From assembly GCA_963749495.1 (NCBI GenBank), contig CAVVMW010000006.1, forward strand, positions 608,001-672,000: a stretch of 64,000 bases of DNA, read 5' to 3'. Every line of letters begins with the position of its first letter. The first letter of the stretch is position 1. Shown one piece after another: positions 1 to 9,023 of the stretch. Position numbers and translations under genes: made by a program. The notes beneath the pieces were generated by a model that saw nothing but the letters and a program-made list of their open reading frames with translations, did no database searches and was not told where the DNA came from. The stretch is from an uncultured bacterium. GTDB taxonomy: Bacteria > Verrucomicrobiota > Verrucomicrobiia > Limisphaerales > UBA8199.

Positions 1-378
1 CCACACCGGGAACCGGGACGCCGCCGGAGCCGGCGCAACGGCGCGCCTTCCTCCAGGAATGCCGCGTGGCCGAGGCCGCCGCAGTCCACTTCCGCAGCAC
101 GGCCAATCAGGCCCGGTTCGTCCTGACCCGCCGCGCCATAGCCGCGGCCAAGCCCGCCCGGCCCTCCGCCCCACAACTGGCCGTGCTCGAGCGCGTGCTC
201 CAGGATGAGATTGGCTTGGCGCGCCGGCTCTACCACATCCAATCGAGCGATTCCTCGATCGGCTTCGAGGCCTCCAACCAGTACCTATTATGTTCCCCAG
301 GATCTGTTGGAGAAGATCCTCAACTGCCGGGACCTGCTGGAGCGGTGGCTGCCACGGTTGCGGGAGGGGGGAACGTGA
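1..378 (+). CDS. 3' end of a hypothetical protein (partial, apparent +1 frameshift near 283)
   Basis: Frame reads ...IGFEASNQY, then continues in another frame as YYVPQDLLEKILNCRDLLERWLPRLREGGT*. The stop TGA (376-378) lies in the first heptamer repeat unit. Confidence 0.55.
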
Positions 379-400
379 AACGTGAAACGTGAAACGTGAA
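372..400 (+). repeat. (AACGTGA)x4 heptamer tandem array
   Basis: Direct reading: aacgtga aacgtga aacgtga aacgtga. Confidence 0.9.
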
Positions 401-477
401 ATCGTGGGGAGCCTTCTTTGGCTTGGGCAAGAGCATCGGGAGCGTGAACCGGATAGGGGCTGCGAGGCCGCGAAGCG

Positions 478-556
478 TTTTGGACTACGGCAGTCCTCTG
501 CCGCTTTTTGAAGCCCTTGGGACCCGACAGCGGCAGAGGACTGCCGCAGTCCAAAA
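478..556. repeat. REP-like inverted doublet
   Basis: ttttggactacggcagtcctctgccgct ... agcggcagaggactgccgcagtccaaaa, a near-perfect inverted pair. Confidence 0.8.
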
Positions 557-657
557 CCTTGCGGGCTTCGGCAGTTCGTCGAGAAACGAAAGGGACAAAC
601 GGCAGCACGGGAGAGGAAGTTTTTTACACGGCTTGGCGAAGCGTGTATTCTCGGCCG

Positions 658-2909
658 ATGAAAGTTGGATGTCTTCTGGCGCTGTGGCTGTTTGTGTGGA
701 ACCAGGCGGGCGGCGCTGCCGCGCAGTGGGAACCGGTCGGACTGTCGGGCGGCGGGGGGATGTTCAGCCCGGCGATCTCACCTGCGGACCCGAACCTGAT
801 GATGATCAACTGCGACATGAGCGGCGCCTACCTGAGCCGGGACGGCGGGCGCAACTGGCAGATGATCAACCAGGCACAACTGCGGAGCGACACTCAATGC
901 CGGCCCGGCTTTCACCCGTCCAATGTGGACATCATTTATGCCTCGTCCGGTGGGCAGCTTCGTGTGAGCCGCAACGGCGGCCGGACGTTTTCCCGGTTGG
1001 GCGATCTCAAGGAGGGGTTGCAGGGGGAGATAGCGATCAACCCTGCCGAACCGGCCATGCTGCTGACGGCAACGTGGAGCGGCCGCTGCTGGCTTTCGAG
1101 GGACGGCGGCAAGACCTGGTCCGCATGTGCCGGGCCGCCGGCCGGCTCATCGGCTTCCATTTCGACCGGACGCAGTCAGGGCGCGTGGTTTTCGCCGCAA
1201 CCGAGAAAGGGATTTGGCGGTCGGACGACGCCGGGCAAACGTGGTCGGACAAGACGCAGGGACTGCCGTGGAAGGAGGTGCAGGGTTTTGCCGGCGGTTC
1301 ACAGGCCGCGGGCAGCGTGGTGATGCTCTACTGCGCCGTGAAGAGCAAGGCGGAGAGTGGCGTCTTCCGGGGCGGGCTCTTCCGTTCGCATGACCGCGGC
1401 GAGACCTGGGAGCCGGCGATGGGCTCGGGCCTGAACACCGAGACCAAACAGGCAGACCAGTGGGCTTACGGCCCGATCTCGCAATACGAGCAACTGCTGG
1501 CCACCGACGCCCGGCCGCTCACGGTCTATGCCTTCAACACCAGCACCGGCTTCCATCCGCCGCACAGCGACACGGTCTATCGGAGCGATGACGGCGGGCA
1601 GACCTGGCGCGCCAGCTATTTCATGGACCCGCGGTTCGAGCGCTACAACGTGGCGCCCGATTACGGAACCGCCTCGACGGGCCAATCGTTCAAAGGCGGC
1701 GAAGCGCCCTTCGGCGTGGCCATCTGCAACACCGACCCGGAGCGCCTGATGCTGGTGCGCAACGAGTGCCACGTGACCCACGACGGCGGCAAGACCTGGT
1801 TCGCCGGCCACACTTACCCGGCACCCGGCCAGAAACCCGCGCCCCGCTCCGCCTGGGCCTGCAACGGCCTGGTAGTGACCACGACCTGGCACTACTACAT
1901 CGACCCCTTCGAGACCAACCGCCATTACATCGCCTATACCGACCTCGGCTTGGCCCGCTCCCTGGACGGCGGCCGCAGTTGGGCCTGGTGGGACAGCAAG
2001 TCCTGGGCGCCCTGGCGCAACACCTGTTACGAAATGGCCTTCGACCCCGAAATCCCCGGCAAGATCTGGGGCGCCTTCTCCGACGTACACGACATCCCCA
2101 ATGACAACATCATCTCCGAGCGCCACGGCCATAATCACCCCGGCGGCGTCTGCCTCTCCCGGGACTTCGCCGCCTCCTGGAAAAACGAGGCCCGCGGCCT
2201 CCCACTCAAGCCGGTGACCTCCATCGTCCTCGACCCGGCGAGTTCGAAGAACTCGCGCACGCTTTACGCCGGGGTGTTTTCGGAAGGCGTGTTCAAGACG
2301 ACCGACGATGGCCGGACCTGGACGCTCAAGAAAGAGGGCCTGGGGCACCCGGACAACATGCGGGTCAGCCGTGTCTTCCTCCACCGGGACGGCACCCTCT
2401 TCGCCATGATTTGCGCCCGGCGCCCCGCTCCCCGCAAACCCCTGGCGCCCGAGGGCGTGGGCCTCTATCGGTCGAAAAACGGCGGCGACACCTGGCAACG
2501 CATCAGCCCCACACTACCCTGGCTCTATCCCAAGGACTTCTCGGTCCATCCTCGGGACAGCAACCGCATCCTGGTGGGGACGTGCGACGCGGCCTGGGAC
2601 GACAAGTCCGGCGGTTTGTGTGCCACCCGCGACGGCGGCACGACCTGGCAACGCATCGGCCGTGAGGGCCCGCAGACCTTCGGCGGCTACTTCCACCCGC
2701 AGCGCGAGGGCTGGATCTACATGACCCTCACCGAGGGCGCCCCCGGCGCAGGGCTCTGGCTCACACGTGATGAAGGCCGGACCTGGCAGGCGCTCGAAGG
2801 GTTGCCCTTCGCCAACGTCCAGCGCGTCGAGTTCGATGCCTCGAACACGGCGACCTTGCGCGTCACGACCTTCGGCGGCAGCGTGTGGCGGGGAAGAAAT
2901 GACGAATGA
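658..2909 (+). CDS. Secreted BNR/Asp-box beta-propeller protein (GH74/sortilin-like), frameshift near 1140
   Basis: Signal peptide MKVGCLLALWLFVWNQAGGAAA and many SxDGGxTW Asp-boxes. N-terminus is in ORF 508..1323 and the remainder in ORF 396..2909. Confidence 0.8.
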
Positions 2910-3071
2910 CGAATGACGAATGACGAATGACGAATGACGAATGACGAATGACGAATGACAAATGACGAATGACGAATGACGAATGACGAATGACGAATGA
3001 CGAATGACGAATGACGAAAATGGAGCGGAGCGCCCTCCGATTTCGTCATTCGTCATTCGTCATTCGTCATT
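2898..3071. repeat. Inverted pair of heptamer arrays: (AATGACG)x17 and (CGTCATT)x4
   Basis: Arrays at 2898-3016 and 3044-3071, separated by a 27-nt loop. Confidence 0.95.
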
Positions 3072-3528
3072 CCTCCCTCCGCGTCCGCCGCAGGATGGCG
3101 GAGAAGATCAGGTGCAGTTCCCTTGCCTCTTTCCAGAGCGCTCGCGCCCGTGGTTTGAGCTCGGGCACGGCCCGGACCACCATGCGCAGGTGGAACTTGG
3201 TTTCGCGGGCCTCCTTGCGGCAGGTCCCAATATTCTTGCGGAACTCATTGCGGGAGTAGGCGTCGTCCGCCTCGCAATAGTTCGCCCCTACGCTCGTGCC
3301 GGCGCCAACGAGTTGGTCGATGAGCCGATTCGTCACCGGTCCCTTCGGGATGGTGAGCGCGAAGTCAACGATGGCTTCGCCGAAGTTTGCGGTGCGTTCT
3401 TCAAGGTCGTACACACGCTGCTGATTGTCCGGCGTTTCTCGCAGCACCATCCCTCCACTCCCTGCCTCTTGCCAGAACAGCTCCTCCGCCACCTTAGTTC
3501 CCAAGCCGCCACTCACGTTTTCGTTCAT
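3067..3528 (-). CDS. Four-helix bundle protein (TIGR02436 / 23S rRNA-IVS / bAvd-like family)
   Basis: Motifs DLEERTANF, QLVGAGTSVGANYCEA, SRNEFRKNIGTCRKEARETKFHL, EARELHLIF. Confidence 0.9.
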   Translation of the reverse strand: MNENVSGGLGTKVAEELFWQEAGSGGMVLRETPDNQQRVYDLEERTANFGEAIVDFALTIPKGPVTNRLIDQLVGAGTSVGANYCEADDAYSRNEFRKNIGTCRKEARETKFHLRMVVRAVPELKPRARALWKEARELHLIFSAILRRTRREE

Positions 3529-3563
3529 AATGCATGATGCTGCACGATTCACCCCCGTCTTTT

Positions 3564-3598
3564 CGTCATTCGTCATTCGTCATTCGTCATTCGTCATT
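3564..3598. repeat. (CGTCATT)x5 heptamer array upstream of the four-helix bundle gene
   Basis: Direct reading; overlaps the purL stop codon. Confidence 0.95.
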
Positions 3599-6197
3599 TC
3601 ATCGCTCTTGCGATGACGTTCCACCACAGGTCGCGCAATTCGGCGACGTCGCAGGTCAAGCCGCCGCCAGGGGTCTGGATGGAGAGGGCGATGCCGCCCA
3701 CGGCGCCGATGAGGGAGGCAGGGATGCCGAGGATCTTCGCCTGGGCCAGGACCTTGCGGGCGTGTAGGGCGTCCACGGAGATGACGATGCGGGCCTGGGC
3801 CTCGCCAAAGAGCACGGCGTCCAGGCGCGGGGCGGAAGCGCCTCCGAGGGCGGCGAGGGCGTTGGCCAGGTCGAGTTGCGCGCCGAGCAGGCGCGGGGTC
3901 TCGCGGGCGATCTGATGGGAGATGCAACACTCTGCCAGGGCCACGGCCAGGCCGCCTTCGCTGCAATCATGGGCGCTCTTGACCACGCCGGAATGGATGA
4001 ACGCGCGCAAGGCCAGGTGCAGTTCCTTCTCCTGCTCCAGGTCGCACCGGGGCGGGGTGCCGGTCTTCAAACCGTGGACCCGTTGCAGGTAGGCGGAACC
4101 ACCCAGGCCCAGCAACGGGTCGGCGGCGTCCAGGATGTTGCCCAGCAGGACGATGGCATCGCCTTGGTCCTTGAACCATTGCGTGGTGATGTGCTCCGGT
4201 TTCTCGATCAGGCCGACCATGGCGAGCGTAGGGGTCGGGTCAATCGGGCCATTGGGGCTCTGGTTGTAGAGGCTGACATTGCCGCCGGTCACCGGGGCAT
4301 TGAAGGCGCGGCAACCGTCGGCCAGGCCGCGCACGGCCTCGCGCAACTGCCAGAAGATCTCGGGGTTGAACGGGTTGCCGAAGTTGAGGTTGTCGGTCGT
4401 GCCGAGCGGGACGGCGCCGGCGCAGGCGAGGTTGCGGGCGGCCTCGGCCACGACCAATTTGCCGCCCTCGTAAGGGTCCAGATAGACGTAGCCGGCATTG
4501 CCGTCCACGGTCAGGGCGATGAGTTTCTCGGGCGTGATGGTTGAGGGCGGAGGGCCGGCCGGGATGGCTGCCTCGCCGGCGGATGCGCCGGGCGGCAGAG
4601 AGTCTTGCTTGATGCGCAGGACCGCGGCATCGGACCCCGGGCAGACCACAGTGCCGTCGCGGACCATGTGATCGTATTGGCGATAGACCCAGTTCTTGGA
4701 GGCAATCGTGGGCCAGCCAACGAGGGCCTTGAGGTCGGACGCGGGGTCCGCGGTGTCCGGGAGGCCGGCCAGGGTGAAGGCGCGGGTGGTCTTGAGATAG
4801 GCCGGTTCGCGGGATTCGCGCTGATAAACCGGGGCTTCGTCGGCGAGCTTCTTGGCGGGGATGTCGGCGACGATTTGCCCGTGGTGGCGCACCACCATGC
4901 GGCCGGTGCCGGTCACGCGCCCGATCTCGGCCCAGGGGAGGTCCCACTTGTCGAAGATGCGTTTGACCTCTTCCTGGCGGCCGTCCTGGACGATGATGAG
5001 CATGCGCTCCTGGGATTCGCTGAGCATGATCTCGTATGGGGTCATGTTCGGGGCGCGCTGGGGGACTTTGTCCAATTCGATCTCGATGCCGGTGCCGGCG
5101 CGGGCGGCGGTCTCGCAGGTCGAGCAAGTCAGCCCCGCGGCGCCCATGTCCTGGATGCCGGCGACGGCGCCGGTGGCCAGCAATTCCAGGCAGGCCTCGC
5201 AAACGAGTTTCTCCATGAAGGGATCACCCACCTGCACGGCGCCGCGCTGGACCTCGGCGGATTCCTCGGTCAGGTCCTGCGAGGCAAAGGCCGCCCCCGC
5301 CAGGCCGTCCCGCCCGGTGGCCGGGCCGACGTAGAAGACCGGGTTGCCGACGCCGCTGGCCCGTCCGCGCACGATTTGTTCGTGCCGGAGCACGCCCAGG
5401 CAGAAGGCATTGACCAGCGGATTGCCCTCGTAGGACTTGTCGAAATAGACCTCGCCCGCGATGGTCGGGATGCCGAAGCAGTTGCCGTAGTGGGCGATGC
5501 CCGCCACTACGCCGCTGAAGAGCCGCCGGTTATTGGCAAGCGCCGCATCTTGCGTCCCTTGTGTCCGGGCGTATCCCATCACTGCCCCCGGAGTGCGCCC
5601 GCCCCCGGGCGCAGCAGCGAGGGAGCGGGCAGGCGCGCCGGAGTACCTGATCGCTGCCGTGGCTGCGGACGTCGCTGCGCCCGAGGACGGGCGCACTCCC
5701 ATCTCGCCGCAGCCGGTGGGGGCGGTGTCGGGATACGCCCCTTCTGTCCCTTCTGCCCCTTGTCCAAGATCGCTGATCGGCCCGAAGCGCAGCGAGTTGA
5801 TCGAGCAGATGGGCCGGGCCCCCATCGTGAAGATGTCGCGAATGATCCCGCCGACGCCCGTGGCCGCGCCCTGGAACGGCTCGACTGCGCTGGGGTGATT
5901 GTGCGACTCCATCTTGAAGGCGATGGCCAGTCCGTCCCCGATATCGACGATGCCGGCGTTTTCCTCGCCGGCGCCGACGAGGATCTTCGGCGAGCGGGTC
6001 GGGAATGTCTTGAGCAGGGGGCGGCTGTTCTTGTAGGAGCAATGCTCGCTCCACATCACCGAGAAAATGCCCAGCTCGGTATAGGTGGGCTGGCGGCCCA
6101 ACAGGGCCTGGAGCCGCTCGTATTCCTCGGGCGTGAGGTTGTGGCTCCGCACCAACTCGGGGGTGATGGGGGGGTCGGTTGGGAGATCCCGGTTCAT
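3594..6197 (-). CDS. purL: Phosphoribosylformylglycinamidine synthase subunit PurL (with a ~75-aa insertion)
   Basis: Motifs MWSEHCSYK, ESHNHPS, GAATGVGGIIRDIFTMGARP, QDMGAAGL, SESQERM, GGNVSLYN, SAHDCSEGG. Confidence 0.97.
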   Translation of the reverse strand: MNRDLPTDPPITPELVRSHNLTPEEYERLQALLGRQPTYTELGIFSVMWSEHCSYKNSRPLLKTFPTRSPKILVGAGEENAGIVDIGDGLAIAFKMESHNHPSAVEPFQGAATGVGGIIRDIFTMGARPICSINSLRFGPISDLGQGAEGTEGAYPDTAPTGCGEMGVRPSSGAATSAATAAIRYSGAPARSLAAAPGGGRTPGAVMGYARTQGTQDAALANNRRLFSGVVAGIAHYGNCFGIPTIAGEVYFDKSYEGNPLVNAFCLGVLRHEQIVRGRASGVGNPVFYVGPATGRDGLAGAAFASQDLTEESAEVQRGAVQVGDPFMEKLVCEACLELLATGAVAGIQDMGAAGLTCSTCETAARAGTGIEIELDKVPQRAPNMTPYEIMLSESQERMLIIVQDGRQEEVKRIFDKWDLPWAEIGRVTGTGRMVVRHHGQIVADIPAKKLADEAPVYQRESREPAYLKTTRAFTLAGLPDTADPASDLKALVGWPTIASKNWVYRQYDHMVRDGTVVCPGSDAAVLRIKQDSLPPGASAGEAAIPAGPPPSTITPEKLIALTVDGNAGYVYLDPYEGGKLVVAEAARNLACAGAVPLGTTDNLNFGNPFNPEIFWQLREAVRGLADGCRAFNAPVTGGNVSLYNQSPNGPIDPTPTLAMVGLIEKPEHITTQWFKDQGDAIVLLGNILDAADPLLGLGGSAYLQRVHGLKTGTPPRCDLEQEKELHLALRAFIHSGVVKSAHDCSEGGLAVALAECCISHQIARETPRLLGAQLDLANALAALGGASAPRLDAVLFGEAQARIVISVDALHARKVLAQAKILGIPASLIGAVGGIALSIQTPGGGLTCDVAELRDLWWNVIARAMK
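5582..5710. repeat. Palindromic REP-like element inserted in frame in purL
   Basis: ggagtgcgcccg...cgggcgcactcc hairpin; close copy is intergenic at 41018-41146. Confidence 0.9.
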
Positions 6198-7111
6198 ACG
6201 GAGTCGGACCTCCGAGTGTCGAGGGGCGAGGGGCGAGTGTCGAGTGTCGAGGGGTGGCCGCTCTGTGTGGGTGCGGGAAGGGATTCTTCGCTGCCGCCTG
6301 AAGGCGGCGTTCCGCAGCCAACCGGAACGCCGCCTTTAGGCGGCAGGCTGGGCGCTCGAAGAAATGGGTCGGGCGGCCCCTCTGTGTCGCCTCGACCCTC
6401 GACCCTCGACCCTTGTCCCTCTCGTTCGAGCGCCGCGATCATGCTCTCGAAGACGAGGCGGCCGTCGGCGGAGCCGAGGATGGGCTCACTGGCGCGCTCG
6501 GGGTGAGGCATGAGGCCGGCGACGTTGCGGGCCTGGTTGCAGATGCCGGCGATGCTCTCGAGCGAACCGTTGGGGTTGGAGGCCGGCGCAGGCTCGCCCT
6601 GGGCATTGACGTAGTGCCAGAGGACCTGGTCGCTGGCCTTGAGCTGGGCGAGCGTGTCGGGGTCGGCAAAAAAGCAGCCTTCCCCATGGGCGATGGGCAG
6701 GCGCAGGAGTTTGTCCTCGGGGACCTTGTTCGTGAACGGGGAGTTGCGGGTGGCGGTCTTGAGGAAGATCGGTTCGCAGCGGAACTGGAGGGAGCGGTTG
6801 CGGAGGAGCGCGCCGGGCAGCAACCCGGCCTCGCAGAGGATTTGAAAGCCGTTGCAGATGCCCAGGACCAGGCCGCCGTTGGCGGCAAAAGTTTGGACGG
6901 CCTGCATCACGGGGCTGAACCGGGCGATGGCGCCGGTGCGCAGGTAATCGCCGAAACTGAAGCCGCCGGGGACGATCACCGCCTGGGCGTCGCCGAGCGA
7001 GCGTTCCTTGTGCCACAGCAGCCGGGCCGAATGCCCCAGCACGTTGCGCAGCACGTGTACCGCGTCCTGGTCGCAATTTGACCCCGGGAATTGGAGAACG
7101 GCGAAATTCAT
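6194..7111 (-). CDS. purQ: Phosphoribosylformylglycinamidine synthase subunit PurQ (with a repeat-derived C-terminal extension)
   Basis: Motifs FPGSNCD, PGGFSFGDYLR, GICNGFQ, AHGEG, NPNGS, MPHPER. Confidence 0.96.
   Translation of the reverse strand: MNFAVLQFPGSNCDQDAVHVLRNVLGHSARLLWHKERSLGDAQAVIVPGGFSFGDYLRTGAIARFSPVMQAVQTFAANGGLVLGICNGFQILCEAGLLPGALLRNRSLQFRCEPIFLKTATRNSPFTNKVPEDKLLRLPIAHGEGCFFADPDTLAQLKASDQVLWHYVNAQGEPAPASNPNGSLESIAGICNQARNVAGLMPHPERASEPILGSADGRLVFESMIAALEREGQGSRVEGRGDTEGPPDPFLRAPSLPPKGGVPVGCGTPPSGGSEESLPAPTQSGHPSTLDTRPSPLDTRRSDSV
6212..6412. repeat. Heptamer inverted arms (CGAGTGT/CGAGGGG ... CCCTCGA) enclosing a REP doublet
   Basis: Arms at 6212-6254 and 6390-6412; inner gccgcctgaaggcggcgttcc...ggaacgccgcctttaggcggc at about 6293-6345. 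Confidence 0.8.
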
Positions 7112-7130
7112 TCTGACTCCTAATCCAAAA

Positions 7131-7370
7131 TCACTCGATTTCAAACCGGTAATCCTCGATGAGCGGGTTGCTCAGGATCTTGTAGCAGGCATCGTCGATC
7201 TGCCGCCGGGCGGTCTCTTTGTCCTGGTCCGCCAACTCGATCTCGAGGTATTTGCCCACGTGGACCGGGCCGATGCCGGCATAGCCCATCTGGGTGAGGG
7301 CGCCTTGAACGGTCTTGCCTTGCGGATCCACCACGGCCTTTTTTGGCGTAACAATAATCTTGGCTTTCAT
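7131..7370 (-). CDS. purS: Phosphoribosylformylglycinamidine synthase subunit PurS
   Basis: MKAKIIVTPKKAVVDPQGKTV...GKYLEI...LSNPLIEDY; position in the purS-purQ-purL operon. Confidence 0.95.
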   Translation of the reverse strand: MKAKIIVTPKKAVVDPQGKTVQGALTQMGYAGIGPVHVGKYLEIELADQDKETARRQIDDACYKILSNPLIEDYRFEIE

Positions 7371-7466
7371 CTCGGAATGGCCCGGCGTTTCCTGCCGCGC
7401 GCCGGACAAGAGCTTGGCCGAGCCGGGGCAGGAGATCCAGATCTTTTTCGCGGCTTCAGCGGATGG

Positions 7467-7892
7467 GGGTGCGGGACAAAATAGAAACCATTACACCTGT
7501 TCATTTCCGCCTATTCGGCGTATTCCGCGGTTCATTCTTCTTCGGAGCTCTGCTAGCCTCGCCGGCCATGAAAACCGATCTTATTCAAAATTACTTCAAG
7601 GCGGCCAGGTTCAAGCTCGGGCTGTTGGTCAACTTTGGCCATTATCCCAAGCTCCAAATTGAGCGCATTGTGGCGGAGCGGGGCCGATACGGCTATGGCA
7701 TCTGAGGGCAACCGCGGAATACGCGGAATACGCGGAAGACAGAGCCGCTCAGCGATCCCGGGGGGGACTGGCCGGAGTTGGGGGCAGCCCCGTTTCATTG
7801 CGGTTGCATCCGCATAAACACAGTCACGGAAGGGAAGAAACAACGCCTGCCTTTGTCTCTTCAACGGAGGTTACTTTTTTTGTGCGGCACCA
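7467..7892 (+). mobile_element. Non-autonomous MITE, copy 1 (TIR GGGTGCGGGACAAAA)
   Basis: Right end ttttgtgcggcacca; flanks agcggatgg / agcgaatgg form a degenerate 9-bp TSD; homologous to 44024-45078 and 56443-57044. Confidence 0.8.
7569..7705 (+). pseudogene. GxxExxY protein C-terminal remnant inside the MITE
   Basis: QNYFKAARFKLGLLVNFGHYPKLQIERIV, between TATTCCGCG and CGCGGAATA arrays. Confidence 0.75.
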
Positions 7893-7920
7893 AGCGAATG
7901 GGGGCGGGGCCGGAAGAAAA

Positions 7921-8263
7921 GGGGTCAGCCATGGCTCATTTTCTTGGCCGACAAGCTGCTCGGGGTGAGCACCATTCACGTGAACTACGGCGCGAGACAG
8001 CGGAAGCGAAGGCGGAGCGGATTGTCCCTGAAGAATTGCGCCGGCTTGGCTGGGAGGACGAAACCGGCTTGGGGAGCCGGCCCAAGGGTGATCCTGCCAA
8101 GCTGGCCATTGCGGCACGCCTGCGGCGGGCGACAACGCTCCCCATCAAGGCCATCGCGGCTCGGACGCCGCTGGGCACATCGAAGAGCGCGAACGCCCGG
8201 CTGCACGGGTGGATGGGGCAGCCTGTGCCATCCGATTCATCACACGGTGGGAATTTGAGGTAA
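7921..8263 (+). pseudogene. C-terminal remnant of a REP-associated tyrosine transposase (RAYT)-type gene
   Basis: Starts at GGGGTCA. The tail AIAARTPLGTSKSANARLH resembles EIAGRLHLGTARSASARLH, which follows the HUH motif at 45.2-45.35 kb. Confidence 0.55.
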
Positions 8264-8271
8264 AACGAACC

Positions 8272-8805
8272 ATGCTCTGGGTGAAGCCTTTTCTCCGAGG
8301 TTGGACGTCCACCCTGGTCCCTCTGAAGGCCGAGATCGAGGCGGCGGGGCAGCCGATCAGTGATTCCCCGAAGGCGCTGAAAGCCTTCCGCGAAATCTGG
8401 GCCTTGGCCGTCGAGGAGGGCCGAACCCAGCATGAGGCCATCGCCTCTGATCTGCGCGAGAACGTGAATGCCGTAGCCACAGAAAATGAGCGGTTGGAGG
8501 GGATCGCCCTCGCCGCGCAAAACCGTGCCGCGGAGCTTGAGCAGGCAGTCTCGCGCGCCGAGGCGGCACTCAGCCGCGTCAGAACGAAGCAGGGGCGGGC
8601 GCCCAACCAAAGCCAAACCGCCTTGGAGCAAGCCACCGCCCAAGCGGCACAGGCAGTGCAAACGCTTGCCGAGCTGCAGGCTACTCGGTCCGCCGAACTG
8701 GCAACCCTGCAAAGCGAGCTCGCCAGGGCTGTGGGCAGGGCCCACGAGCTCGAATTGAAATGGGTCCGCGCCCAGGCGCTCCTAGAGGCAAAAGCCACGA
8801 CGTGA
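8272..8805 (+). CDS. Hypothetical coiled-coil protein (possible KfrA-like remnant)
   Basis: Ala/Glu/Gln-rich heptad pattern; N-terminus may be missing. Confidence 0.4.
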   Translation: MLWVKPFLRGWTSTLVPLKAEIEAAGQPISDSPKALKAFREIWALAVEEGRTQHEAIASDLRENVNAVATENERLEGIALAAQNRAAELEQAVSRAEAALSRVRTKQGRAPNQSQTALEQATAQAAQAVQTLAELQATRSAELATLQSELARAVGRAHELELKWVRAQALLEAKATT

Positions 8806-9023
8806 AACAGGCTTGCCATCCCGGGGGCTGGAGAATTAGTATAAGCCCATGATTTCCAACCACCAGAATACGCGTAATCTTCACCGCCTCAATGATTTGC
8901 GCTGTTTATTCCTTGTTTTCCCCTGGACAGCCTTTGACCAACCCCCGCGGTTAAGATCGCAGCAGTTTATGCATGAATTGACAACCAAACAACCTCCGTG
9001 TCTAAAATGAGCGCGCACAACCT

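Noticed and set aside
2514..3259. ORFs with SSFVIRH or MTNDE repeats
   Set aside because: Translations of the heptamer arrays.
2898..3598. CRISPR array
   Set aside because: Contiguous 7-nt units with no unique spacers; no cas genes in the window.
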